A stretch of 64,000 nt of DNA from Chara braunii (lineage: Eukaryota > Plantae > Charophyceae): positions 3,182,484 to 3,246,483 of the forward strand of contig BFEA01000046.1 in the NCBI GenBank assembly GCA_003427395.1, read 5' to 3'. The notes beneath the pieces were generated by a model. That model made no database searches, was not told the origin of the DNA, and saw only the letters and a program-made list of their open reading frames with translations. Positions 35,128-47,500 of this stretch are shown here, piece after piece. Every line of letters starts with the position of its first letter. Position 1 is the first letter of the stretch. A program made the position numbers and the translations under genes.

Positions 35128-38100
35128 TGTCGGCACGAATACCCTTACAAGGGTATCCGCCCTGGTTTTTGCAAATGACAGAAAATAGTTTGGTTTAAAG
35201 TTTAAGTATACTGCGCTAGGCGTGGCTGGGTTTGTAATTTACGTTGACCGGTTGGTGGACTAGAGTAAAGAGTGCGTGGGCGCGCTGTTTTGAGGCGCGC
35301 GTGATTTTGTTTCTATCGTTGATTATAAAGCTGGCGCAGACGCCGGTTGGTTCGTTTCTATTCTATCTTTATTTTTACTTTTATTTTTGTTCAGTTTTGA
35401 TTAGACTGGGGTTAAGGATATTTCCTCTTGGTCGGCATGTTTGATTGAGTTACGCGTGCGCGCGGAGGGCGACCTCGACGACAGCGACAGTGTGACGGCG
35501 GTAGGTCTTGGCACGTGGAGTAGCGCGAGTGGCAGCCGTGGTACAGCTTGGTAGGTCGGCGCAGACGTCAGACGGCCACGCGCACGGTTGTAGGGAAAGG
35601 TGAGGCTCAGGCCAATTTCCCTGGCCCTGAGCGCAGCGCCGCACCGCCTTATATGGCGCTCTGCGGATGTGGATCTCAGGCTTGGGCTTAGTCCCATAGG
35701 TTATGTCATTGGGTTGATGCTACGAAGGTGAGGGGATCGAGGCTAGCAGGCGTCGGCGCACTAATTGCAGCGGAGCGTCGCGGAAGGGACCGGTGGGGTT
35801 GAGGGCCGCCAGGGTTATCCCCCTTGGTTTTGTTTACGGCCGCGGCGGCGGGCCCAATCCGTGAGACCGACGAGGCGCCAGCAGCCCCGTTGTTCCCCGA
35901 TATTTATTTGTTTATTTTTATTTTTATCATACTTCCCCTTCTTTTTGTTTTTATTTATCGCGTCCCGTCTGGGGACGCGAGACGGCAATGGGGTCGCGTG
36001 AGATGTGTGAAATTCGTGGGATTGCCTGAAGTGCAATTGGGCGCTGCACTAACCATGCCGGGCGAGAATGGGAGTGACAATGGACGCAGTCTGTGGCGGG
36101 TGCATGCGCTGAGGCATTGGGCGCTGCACTAACCATGCCGGGCGAGCGCTGAGATGGCGCAGCTACGGTGCTAAGCAGGCAAGGCGAGGCAGAGCCAGCA
36201 GCGGGCGACGAGTCAACGGACAGGGAGCGACGGGCGTTGAAGGAGGTAAGGAAAAACCCAGAAATGAACCTGGGCGCATCTTGCGCCAGGTGCGTGCGAA
36301 GTAGAGATGGCGGAGGGGGCCATGTCGGGAAGCGGGGAAGTAGCTATCCCACTCGTTTCTCGATGAAACTGAGTGGGAGAAAGTGTTAGTCTAACGGGTT
36401 TTTGTAGGGCGAATTTAGTCATGGTGTCAGAACTAGTAGAGGTTTAGTAAGTATAGAGTTAGCAGGGAAAAGCACTGCGCGGAGTCATGGCGGGAGGAAA
36501 GCTGGGGGGATAAAAAGATGTCTATCTCCCTCGTTTCTGACTTTTTTTAAACGAGGGAAGGTTGGATTCTGATGTTTTTTGGTAGGGCGAATGCGTTGGT
36601 GTTATTAGATTTGAAGTTAGTTGTGTAGAATGAGAGTAAGTAGAAAAGAGTGTGTGCGGGAGATGGCGGGAGAAGCGATGGAAGGAGGCAAGATGCGGGA
36701 ATCAGTCAATTCCTCATGGAATCGGTCGAGGGGGGGTTATGGAATGGGGGTTTTAGGGGTCGGTGACCTCAGATATGAACCTAGATTAGCGTGAAAGTTA
36801 GCGAGTTAGGAGGTTAGTTGAGAAACTGGTGCGCGAGGCTATGGGGAGAAGTGAGGGAGAAAACGGACGGCTCGCCCGTTACTCGATGGAAACGGGCGGG
36901 GAAGCGGGCAGATCAGAGGTTTTTGCGTGGGGCGAACACGATGGAGAGGTCAGAATTGCGGGGCAGCTAGTGTTTAGGGAGCTAGGAAGGAGGGAGTTGC
37001 GCGCGGAGGGGAGGAAAACAGCGTTGTAAAGGCGAATGAATCTAGTTGCGCTGTTGCGAAAGATTCACTCAGTCCCGGGTCACCGGGTTTCCCTGAAGCC
37101 GGGATAGTGGGGTTGGGGGCTTACCTGTTGTCCGGGTGTGACTGTGGACCGGAGGACACTCCGCCTCCCCTCCTTCGAAGGCAACCGCTTGCTGCGACTG
37201 TTGTGGTCCCGACACTCGATACAGTAGCCGGATCTCCTGTCCCCACGCGCAGGCCTGAGAAGCAGTGTATGCTCCCATGTTCTGGCCGAAGATTCCTTTC
37301 TCGCCCCCGTCATCAGAGTAGCCTGAGGCCACCTGCAGGGTAGGAGGTACCACCGAGATCGAGCACCTGAAGGTGACCGGCTCGACCTTGACGGGAGAGG
37401 ACAAACAGACAAGGAGGGGCATGCGAGCTGCAGGCTTACCTGTCGGCTGGTGCAGTGCCTGGCTCGTCAAGCAAGGCTCCTGTAAGCCAACCATGGGGGC
37501 TTAGCTGTTAAACGGTGTGCTCGCACACCGAGTGTCGACAGGTAGAGGTGAGGGCGGATGAGAGCTGAGCTGCGGTCGCCGAGCTGCTGGGCTGCCGGAG
37601 TGCGGCTCGCTGAGCTGCTATTGGTGAGCCACCGACTCACAGGGGCGTTGACAACATGTCTGTGCAGGCTGCTGTTCGCCGTTTCCTGCCGCTGAATACC
37701 ACCATTGCGACTGTTGTTGTGTCTGCGGGATGATCCTACGTAATTGGCCTACAACCGCTAGTACTGTGCTTTGTGGCGTGCACCACGATCGCTAAGTCCT
37801 TCCTGCACGTGCTTATGGTACATACGGCTTAGGTGCGGCTTAGGTGGGGCTTGCTGCACTCCCACTGCGCTCCGCTGCACAGGTCGATGTACGGGTTTTA
37901 TAAAGAGGAGGTACGGCACACAAAGTGTGTGCTGCTTGAGTATCGCCGATTAGAGTTGCGTGGCTGCAGTTTCATTAGGGGAAGTGACAGTGAGGCATGG
38001 GAGGAGTGAACGGGCTGAAGGAGGGATTATTATGGCAGCTTGGAGCTTCGTCGAGGCGTTGGTTGTCGGTCGTTTGGCTCAGGATTGGCCTAGCGAGTAC

Positions 38101-38631
38101 TACTTGGCTGCCATTGCGAGGCCGTCAGGCGCACAAGGTTTCAAGGCCCTCTCCTGGGAGTCTGAGAGCACATTTCCTGGATCTGAGAGTCTTAAATTTG
38201 CTTTCTCCTGCCCTTCTGACTTTAAGTCAAGTCTGTTGGTCCTCAGAGGAAGGCGGCAGGCGGGATTGCAACCCGTAACCGGCGCCAAGATCTTTGTGAG
38301 AGATTCGCCCCACCGATTGCGGGAGCCCTGCCGGAACTCAGGAGGAGTTCTGGAGGCAGGGAACTGACAGGTAATCATTGCTTCCCTCTATAAACCCAGG
38401 TATAACCCCTATATGCATCTCCCAATGCATCGCTGGCTGAATATATGGAGTGCAGCCTTACTTTGACTTTTGTTTGACCTTCAAGATCTAATTCAATTTA
38501 AGTAAAGGGATGTGTGTGCGATCTCAGTTTCAGTTTTGTTGATTGTGTGAAGGCAGATTATCAAAGAGAACTGCATCTGGGAAAGGCAGGATGGAGGGCT
38601 GAATTGCATGAGATTTGAATGGGTCGTTAAG

Positions 38632-39575
38632 GCTGGGAGGTCCCCATAAGTTTGGGGAAGCCCAGCGCTTTGTTCATTTTGCGGTTTGCATAGAGCAATC
38701 ACGCCGCTCTATAAGTTTACGTAGCCTGAATGCTTTGGAGGCTGGGACGTCCCCATAAGTTTGGGGAGACCCGGTGTTGTGAATTGCATGGAGGGTCAGA
38801 ACGCTCTATAAGTTTAGGTGACCTGACTGCTCTGACTTGCGAGGGTTTGACTGCGTTTGAATTTAAGGGGCTCAGAGCATTCAGTAAGTTTTGGTGCTTT
38901 GAGCTGCATTAGCTTCTTTTGGGTTTTCTCAGTCTCTTTGGGTTCTGAACGAGGGGGCTGAGTTGCTCTATAAGTTTAGGTGGCCCAGTCTCTTCCTGCA
39001 TTTGTCTTAAGGGAATGAACCTGACAAAGGGCAGACCATTTTGTAAGTTAAGGGGGCTTGACCCAATGCCACACACAGGAAAGCTCAGAGAGAAAGGAAT
39101 CAAGTGAAGAGGCAGACCCTTCTGTAAGTTCAGGGGGGTTGACTCAAAGCCTCGCAAATGCTGGAACCCAATGGTTATAATTTGGCTATACTGTATTACT
39201 ATTTTATCTATGAACAGGCTAGTCAGACAGAGGTTCCATAAGATTGGATGGTCTGACTGTAGCTTATCATAATTTGAAGAGAGTACAATTAAAAATATAA
39301 TTGCAGGTAACGTGGGCCGGCTGAGCATTGTTTCTAAGATGAATGGCTCAGTCCTATGCCCACCCTGAAGATTAAGTTCAGAGAGGTATAATTTGGCTAC
39401 CTAAACAGTTCAGGGCGACTAGAATAGTCTAGTCATATGCGCAAGGAAGATAAAAGTAGTTGTGCCCTCTGTTTGTGTATACTTAGCTAAATCAGGACGC
39501 TCTATAAGTTTAGGTATTCTGAATCTAGGCCTGGCTAAGTTGGGCGCGCTCTGTAAGTTCAGGTGGTCTGACCTA
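38632..39575 (+). ncRNA. Array of 12 covarying stem-loops (10 TAAGTT, 2 TAAGAT loops)
   Basis: Inner stems CCCA/TGGG, CTA/TAG, CTG/CAG, TCCA/TGGA and TTC/GAA surround TAAG(T/A)T. Outer stems include GCTGGG/CCCAGC, GGTCAG/CTGACT and GCTCAGAGCA/TGCTTTGAGC. Confidence 0.75.
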
Positions 39576-39885
39576 TGCCTTATGTAAGTTGGGTATAAAG
39601 GGTTAAATCATTGAAAGATCATGAACTATTGTTTGCTCAGGTTGACTTGGGGATGGTGAGAGTACTTACCTTTGTGGTTTGGCCTGCATGTTACTAAGTG
39701 AGGTNACTACTTGNTTTGAGTTTCAGTTGGTAGGTAGTCGCTTNANTCGCTCGCNACGTGCTAANACCNTAAGAGTTAGTTTCAATTCCTGCATNTTTTT
39801 AGCNAAGTTTTTTTTACTTAGGTCAATTCTTGCATTTTCTGNGATNATTTATAATACTTGGCTTTGTANAAACCTTGGCAAGTCA

Positions 39886-40430
39886 CTTTCTCTACGGGAA
39901 GCGCTGCCGAAATTTTTACAAATCCAAGGAGTTAGCCAACTTTTGACTTGTCAAAGTTCAACTTATCTATTCTTTATATCTGACTTAGTAAAAATTTAGA
40001 AAGTCGCATTATCTAAAGGGAGCGCTGCCCAAATTTCTGCTAATTCAGGGAGTTAGACAAAATTGGACCTTGAGAAGTCAAAGTTACTTTCGAATTCTGG
40101 ACTTAGCCTTGTATAAATTTTGGACTTACATTTTTCTAAAGGGAGTGCTGCCGAAATTTCTGCAAAACTAAGGAGTTAGTTAAAACTTGCCTAAATTGAA
40201 CTCAAGTTGTCTTTTGAGTTTATATCTGTCTGAGTATAAATCAGAAAAATCTTATTTTCTAAAGGGAGTGCTGCCCAAATTTTTGCTAATTCAAGGAGTT
40301 AGACAAAATTTGACTATCCAGAATTAAAGATTATTTCTGCTTTCATATTTGCATTTATATAAATTCTGAAAAGATACTTTTCCTACGGGAAATACTGCCC
40401 AAATTTTCTTAGTTTAGAGGAGATAGATTA
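39886..40430 (+). repeat. About 122-bp tandem repeat in LTR B, 5 copies
   Basis: GGGAGTGCTGCC-like core at about 122-bp spacing. Confidence 0.85.
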
Positions 40431-41552
40431 TATTTTGACAGGTGGCGGTTCTTGCGATCCACCCTGAATAGGGAAGATTCTGCCATTAGTCTACCTTTGC
40501 TTTGGGCACTAGTTTAAAGGTAGGTTTAGGCTTAGTTAATTGGGATGCATGAGTAAATTCGTGATATGGGGATTATTCTCCATGGACTTATAGGTTTAGC
40601 CTGGGGCATTGACCTGGCATGTGTTACAGGTCCTCTTGATCATTGACTCAAGTTCAGGACTAGATTCAGGTTGATCCATTGAGGATCGTCTTCTGTTATC
40701 ACTCATAACAGGTCGGTTGTCGATTCGTCGGTTTACGATTCAACTCCAATACACCCCTGCCATTGAACCTAAAGGTTTTAGCCTTGTGATTGAACTGTTT
40801 TGTTGTGTTTTCACCCGGACTTTATTGAATGGTCATCCAACAAAAGTAGTGAGTATTTATTTAAGAGTTGCACGAGTGAGGCTTGTATGGCTAAAGCGAG
40901 GGGTATGAGTGCAAGGAATGGTTNAAGTTGACCCCGTGTAGTGCTTGGACTCTTGGACTTTATTTAAGTCTCGCACGCGACGCCTATTTGATGTCCGCAT
41001 TGGAAAGTTATGGGTTGGCTATCGAGGGGCTAGGAGCGTTGTTGCGTTGTTTGTGTTGTGTCGCTTCGTATGTGCGTGTGTTTTATTTTTTTGTTCGTAA
41101 AGTGGTGTGCGCGTGGTATGTGGGATGCGTCCTAGACGACCGACGTCGGACGGCGCTTGGGACTTCAGCCCCCCAAGATGTCGGTTCGCGTGCGAGCTCG
41201 ATAGGCGTATTACCGCACGTACCCCCTATGCTACAGCGAACGAGAAACACCCTCGGCTGGTCCACCTCTGCGATTGCAACTGATTAGCTGTCGTACTGTG
41301 GACTGGTAGATCGGCGGGGATACGCCCATCGAAGGGAGGTGACAACTCCCGTAAGGTGGAGGTAAGTTGTGCCTCGCGTTGGCCCTATCCTTTTGTAGGG
41401 GCTCGCGAGAGGTATGGCTGGCGCACTCGGCCGGAGCGGCCTAAGGAAGCTCCTCTTGTGTGTTCGTGACGAGGTTGGTCCTACTCCTGCGTGACGCGGC
41501 CTAGAGGGTCCCGCACTGCCCCGTGCGGTGCCGGACCGATACGCTCGACACG

Positions 41553-41570
41553 CGGCGCCGTTGCTGGGGA
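41553..41570 (+). promoter_or_regulatory. Primer-binding site, tRNA-Asp type (degenerate)
   Basis: CGGCGCCGTTGCTGGGGA lies 2 nt after the LTR. Confidence 0.85.
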
Positions 41571-43835
41571 TGACGGCTGCTTACCGTTGTCCCTGGTGGA
41601 ACGACATCCGCGTATGCGATTGTGAGAACTAGGCAAAAAGGAAAGGCGTTCTTTGGACGTACATGATCGATTGCTTGATAGACTGGCCATCGTTTGGGAA
41701 TGTTTTAAGGTTGTGGCCTAAGTGTTGGAAGCTGACTATAAGCGTATGCGTGCTTTGCTTGAGGAAGGAAATGTTGAGTTGAACGTCTACGTACTTGGAC
41801 GCGTGTAGCAGCTGTTTCGGGGAGCACTTTGCTATCCTGAATATTTTTAGGTGATTGGGCGATACGTGGCACATATGATGCGGCCTAGGTTGAGTTGAGG
41901 CAGCGACAACATTGTTGGGTATGTCTGCTATTGAGGCAAGCTTTATTAATGACCGCCAAAGCCACGAGGCTAGTTAACTTGTTAGGCGAATATTGAACTA
42001 AGCCTGCTTTGGGAAGTAGAGGTGTTAAGTTGAGGCGTCCTCCCCTGGTCGATAGAGCCTTGCTTTGGAAGAAACTTTTGGAATGTAAGCGACGTGAATG
42101 AGAGGATGGCTGGTGAGAGCGGAATTAGAGGGATTTAATTGCCGAAGTCGTCCCATGGGCGCAGATTAAGTTGTAGTATGAGGGGTGCGGCTGTGAGTAC
42201 CGAGCCTAGACCCCTAATGGTATCAGTTCGCTGTAAAGTGAGTCATCCAGGGGATTGTCTAGGCGTAATTATCGGTAGAGTTTGAGAGGTAGGGGTTATT
42301 TGTTTAGTGGTGTGACTGATCGGAAGAGAGGCCTATGTTTAAGGTATTTGTGATATATGTGTATTTGTTTTTGTGGTGGTCTTATCGGGTTATCTGGGTA
42401 TGTGTGCTTTCATCCTATTTTGTTCTGGTGTTTGATCAACGGNGTATATATGGAATTGTCTTTCAAGAGGACACAGGCCTTGCATGAAACCCACATCTGG
42501 NACGGGNCCAGAGGTNAATGGGGTGGCTCATTTCTGAGGAAGGTGGTTCTTCCTGAAGAGGGTCAGTCAGCGTGTATGATGTGTCCTCAGTGGAAGTATG
42601 TTCTTGAGTTGTTACCTCCTTGTTCGGACTTAAGGAAGCAGATTATCAGTCTNAAGGACGATAGTGAGACCCACGCTGGAATTATGTTCCTGGTCCATTA
42701 GTGGGGTGTTGTTACCTATCCTATAATANGAGAGTAACTACATTATCAGTTGAGAGAAGAGGAAGGGGCTTGCTACCTCGCCAAGGNTNTGATGGCCAGG
42801 TGGAACAGCTACTGCTTAGTGAGAGCGGTTNTGGAGTAGCGATCTGGGTTCGTCTNGGATTAAGCAGGGCCATCATAGTTGTAAGGGCGCGGACTCGCTA
42901 TCCGTTGCCCTGACAGGTATGAATGGGGTTGACCGTCTGACCATGATTAGGTTTAATGAGGTNCAAGCGCTGAAATCAGAGAGGGTTGCGGTGAGGCTTG
43001 ATCTTTGGAGCGGGGCTCAGGAGTCAAGATGTTATCTCAAGAAGATTACACCGCCCATNTGCACTATATGCTTTGCTTGAGAGATGAAGGGGGTAACAAC
43101 TGTATCATGCTAATTACTCATTGTTAGTCTTATTCTCTCTTGTATAAACTAAGATACGTTCTGAGAGTTAACTTGTTATATGACTGGCAGTTGGGTTGGT
43201 TTCATGTTGTTATGTATAAGGCATATCGTGCTCTCCAGTTACAACCCCTGCAAATAAGTTGTGCCTACTATGTCATGATCGTGATTGTGAGTATATCCTG
43301 GTTACCGAGGGTTGTACTGCATTTGAGTTCATGGTTGGAGTACCTGCTTATATGACGTGTATATTGTGTCGTTCCTGGGTGGTAAAAGTGGTATTTGACT
43401 AANGTCTGAGCTATGACTCGAGGGTTTTATTGATGGGTATTTGGTGTTTTGTTTCAGATGAATATCTGTGCAGAAGACTCTCTTCGGTATAATCGTTTGG
43501 TTCGACTAGACTCCTCTACGAGTGTATGTGATGGGTATCGGGACAATCTTAGCAGGGTTATCCGTTACTCGGGTAATGTACCACTTCGTATGAATAGTTA
43601 CCATTAGGGGATTGGTATCTGTGAAAGGGTTACTACCATGGTATATTACCATTGACATATTCCTAAGTTGGGCGGTCGCAAATGCTGGAAATAAATTATT
43701 TTAGGGAAAGATGGTCTGAGAATAAGGTTTAGAGATACGGTGGTAGAGTATGATTGCTAAAATGATAACGGAAGGCGCATGCTGGACTTTTTTCTGTATT
43801 GGGCAGGACCGAGACCGGAGTAGAGAAAACTCAGG

Positions 43836-44510
43836 ATGCCTTATGCGAAGGAAGATCCTAGTGTGATGNTGCCTGTCAAGAGGGAAGATGGGCTCGAGAT
43901 TTCCTTGTCGAGGAAAGTTAGGGAGGGAGAGTATATCTCTTCCTGGTGGGGCGCACNNATAGGCAAGGGTATTTTTGCCTGGATCGAGTNNNGCTTTGAT
44001 GATGGTCGGGACTGTGCGATCGTAAGGGTGACCTTGTATGCGTCTCCCTCGTTTTGGGCCCTACATGGGATNGAGTTGGCGCTTNGGCANGGGAGCCTGT
44101 TGGCGGGACCTTTGAGGGTAGTTGAGCAAGNTGCAGCAAANTGGACGAATGNCAGGGCCAAGGAGGGAAAGGGGCAGGTGGAGGCCCGTATAGAGGTTAA
44201 GCACGNTGAAGAGTTTNTGCTTCCCTCAACCCCATTGTGAGTTGTCNTGNNAGAGTTCTTGATAGAGGTATGTTTTGGGGGACAGGCGAAGGTGGAAGCC
44301 GCTGCAGAGGCTGCCGTGAAGGTGCGAGAATGGGGGTATGCAAGATATACGTGCGAGTTGATAAATGGGTTGTACCTTGACCGAAGGTTCTTACCCCATA
44401 GCCAAAAACTTAGGAACCTGGCCAGTGTAGTGGATGCTTATGCAAGTTCGCACGAACCGAATGAGGGAAATGTAGACTNGGAGNAAATTCNGGCAGCAGT
44501 GGGNCGATAG
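43836..44510 (+). pseudogene. Accessory-family ORF in the internal region of element B
   Basis: ORFs 43836 and 44259 share one frame. DGLEISL, FAWIE, VRVTLY..FWALHGxELAL, ARIEVKHxEEFxLP and EFLIEVCFGG align in order with 63016-63801. Confidence 0.7.
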
Positions 44511-47500
44511 GNGATGCCTCTTTCTCTACCCATTACTTTTATGAAGGTAAAGTGTCAGGGTAACTAGGGGTTGAGGCCTGATTGCANGAGTAGAATGGGT
44601 GGAGCATGNTTTAAGTGTGAGAGNGAGTTTNGTGTGTGTATAAGTTGTGAGGGAAAAATTTTGTTGAGCACATGATTTTGGAATATAGTCTGGAGTGTCA
44701 TNGAGAGGTCACATGAGAGTGTGATCTTATTTAGAGACTTCGATTTACTTCTTGATTGAGGTACATGCCAACTTTTTGTACATACATATCTTAGGGATAT
44801 ATCCGTTTATATACTTGTATATATGAGANAGAAACACGTATAGTAGTTTGATCCGTTTACATACGTAAGCTTTTTGTTGTTGAGGCCCAGTATGTTTCGT
44901 TTCCACCTCTGGATATTTTTGGTATNTCTTGAGTTTGTTTGACTTTCCTNTGAGTCGAGGGATACGGTTATTTTATGATTAAGACCGTTTCANTTTGACC
45001 CNGNCCAGAGAGATGATNAAATTTGCATGATATCGGGGTCGATTTAAGTTGAGATTTGNTNAACTATATATATAACTCAANACTACNTTTTGCTATGATT
45101 CTTTGGGTAGNTTATCCTACCTCAGGGTGTACATTGAGTGGAGATTTNTGAGACTATCCCTTGTATATGACGGTCACTATCACGCTCANATGTGTGGTTT
45201 TATCCTGATAGATGATGATTTTGTGTGAGAGATNTGTGGGGAANNCCTCATATACTTTGCATTTTGTAGATATGAATGAATGTGAACTGTCTACTCTTCG
45301 GTATACTCGTGCGATCTGNCCTTNGGCGGGTGATAGGGCAGAGTATAAGGAGAGGGAGCGNAGTCTGTTTGTGAATGATCGTAAAGGTCCTAAGGGATTT
45401 GAAGGTCTTTGAGACCCGAATGCTTTAGCATGNNAAATGTTGATTGCTTAAGCTGTGACGAGGANCCATAAGATGGTCTCTCAGTGATGGTTGNTCNATG
45501 ATGGGGCCCCCTTGATTTNGGAAAAGGNGGATGTTGTNTGTTGTGATGAGAACCNCTCGGNNTTTTGGAGGAGGGGATGTTTTGTTCTACGATGAGAGCC
45601 CCTGGATTTTTGGCAAAGAGGATGGTTTTATTGTTGGAAGACTCACCTTCAAAGGTGGGCAAACTAATTTATNGCATGGTAAGNTGTNTGATGAGTGATA
45701 AANTCTGACGAAAAGGGTCACTTTCGTTTGGAATGTTCGAGAAGGTCGCAATGAGTGCAGGGCGAGAGATGTCTCAGGATGGGTGGCTGCTGGTTCTGAT
45801 CAAGTCAAGGGTCACGGCCTGGTGGACCTAGCGGTGATTTTGTTTGTGAGCGTGCGAAGGATGTCATGCCTGTTGTGGGAGGGTTGGTAAATGCCTTCAG
45901 ACCCCTAAGCAGTCGCGCAGTGGGCCCGTGACCTTGTTTTGCAACGCTCCATCTAACCACTTGTGCTAGTTCTGGGACATACTGAGGAATACCAAGCTAA
46001 ACAATAAAGGTTAGCACCTCTAGGGCATAACCCCAGGGGATGACCGCGAGCCAGCACAACCTGGCTGCGGACTGCGAAGTAAGAGTTTAAGGGGAGTTGC
46101 CCGCCCCAGTGAAATTACTCCGTGGGATAGTGAAGGTTGAGATTCTTGAGAAACCCTGATTGAGTGTTTATCAGGAGAATATCTATCGTTGCGTAACCAA
46201 CGAGGGTATGACCGCTAAAATAACAATGCGGTGGGCCGTAGTCCTGGTCTGATCAGCCAGGCTATGGTTGACCAAGATGGAGACCTAGCCTTTCTGTACT
46301 AGACTGCAGAAAGAGTTGAGTGNGTATTAAGTATACATATATACGTATGTGTATTTGATTGCGAGANATTTTCCGAGAAGGAANGCGAGAGTGCCTTCGA
46401 AGGTCTCGANTAAGGNNTGCGTCCCTAGTTTTAGCCAGGACTAGGGANACCCAACGAGAAGCCGAAGGTTGTCTAGGACNGGNGAGAGGACGATTGNGAA
46501 GGTNTTTGGAACTTTGCTGTCAGCGTCTTAATGCCTGGGCAGTAAGAGNCCCNGGTTAGAAACCTGGCGGCATATAGTTNNGGAGGCATGGTTTGATGGA
46601 GGCCTCTACCCTGTGTTTGTTGGTTAATCGGATTGGCTCCTGTTTCATCAGCATTTGGAGTGTGGACGAAATTATAGCTTTCTGATTTGGCGAAGCAACG
46701 GGGACGTCGCTTAATATGGTCTGGTAAGCTGTCGGCGCGAATACCCTTACAAGGGTATCCGCCCTGGTTTTTGCAAATGACAGAAAATAGTTTGGTTTAA
46801 AGTTTAAGTATACCGCGCTAGGCGCGGCTGCGTCTGTAATTTACGTTGACTTGTTGGTTGAATAGAGTAAAGAGTGCGTGGGCGCGCAGTTTTGAGGCGC
46901 GCGTGATTTCGTTTCTATCGTTGATTATAAAGTCAGCGCGGATGCCGGTCGGTTCGTTTCTATTCTATCTTTATTTTTAATTTTATTTTTGTTCAGTTTC
47001 GATTAGACTGGGGTTAAGGATATTTCCCCTTGGTCGGCATGTTTGATTGAGTTACGAGTGCGCGCGGAGGGTGACCTTGACGACGGCGACGATGGCGACA
47101 GTGTGACGGCGGTAGGTCTTGGCACGTGGAGTAGCGCGAGTGGCAGCCGTGGTACAACTTGATAGGTCGGCGCAGGCGTCGGCCGGCCGCGCGCACGGTT
47201 GTAGGCAAAGATGAGGCTCAGGCCAATTTCCCTGGTCCTGAGCGCAGCGCCGCACCGCCTTATATGGCGTTCCGCGGATGTGGATCTCAGGCTTGGGCTT
47301 AGTCCCATAGGTTACGACATTGGGTTGACGCTACGAAGGTGCGAGGATCGAGGCCAGCAGGCGTCGGCGCACTAATTGCAGCGGAGCGTCGTGGAAGGGA
47401 CCGGTGGGGTTGAAGGCTGCCAGGGCTATCCCTCTCGGTTTTGTTTACGGGCGCAGCGGCGGGTCCAATCTGCGGGACTGACGAGGCGCCAGCAGCCCCG

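Larger units (their letters stand above)
35128..41550 (+). mobile_element. 5' LTR of element B (6.4 kb, with two internal deletions)
   Basis: Colinear with 46730-51607 and 52570-57378. Segments are missing at about 36036 and 40960. Confidence 0.92.

Noticed and set aside
35244-41290. Recurring short ORFs in the LTR copies (e.g. MGLSPSLRSTS, MACMLxSE, MRGFESTPLNLQ)
   Set aside because: Recurrence reflects LTR DNA identity. Frames are broken between copies and not conserved in LTR A.
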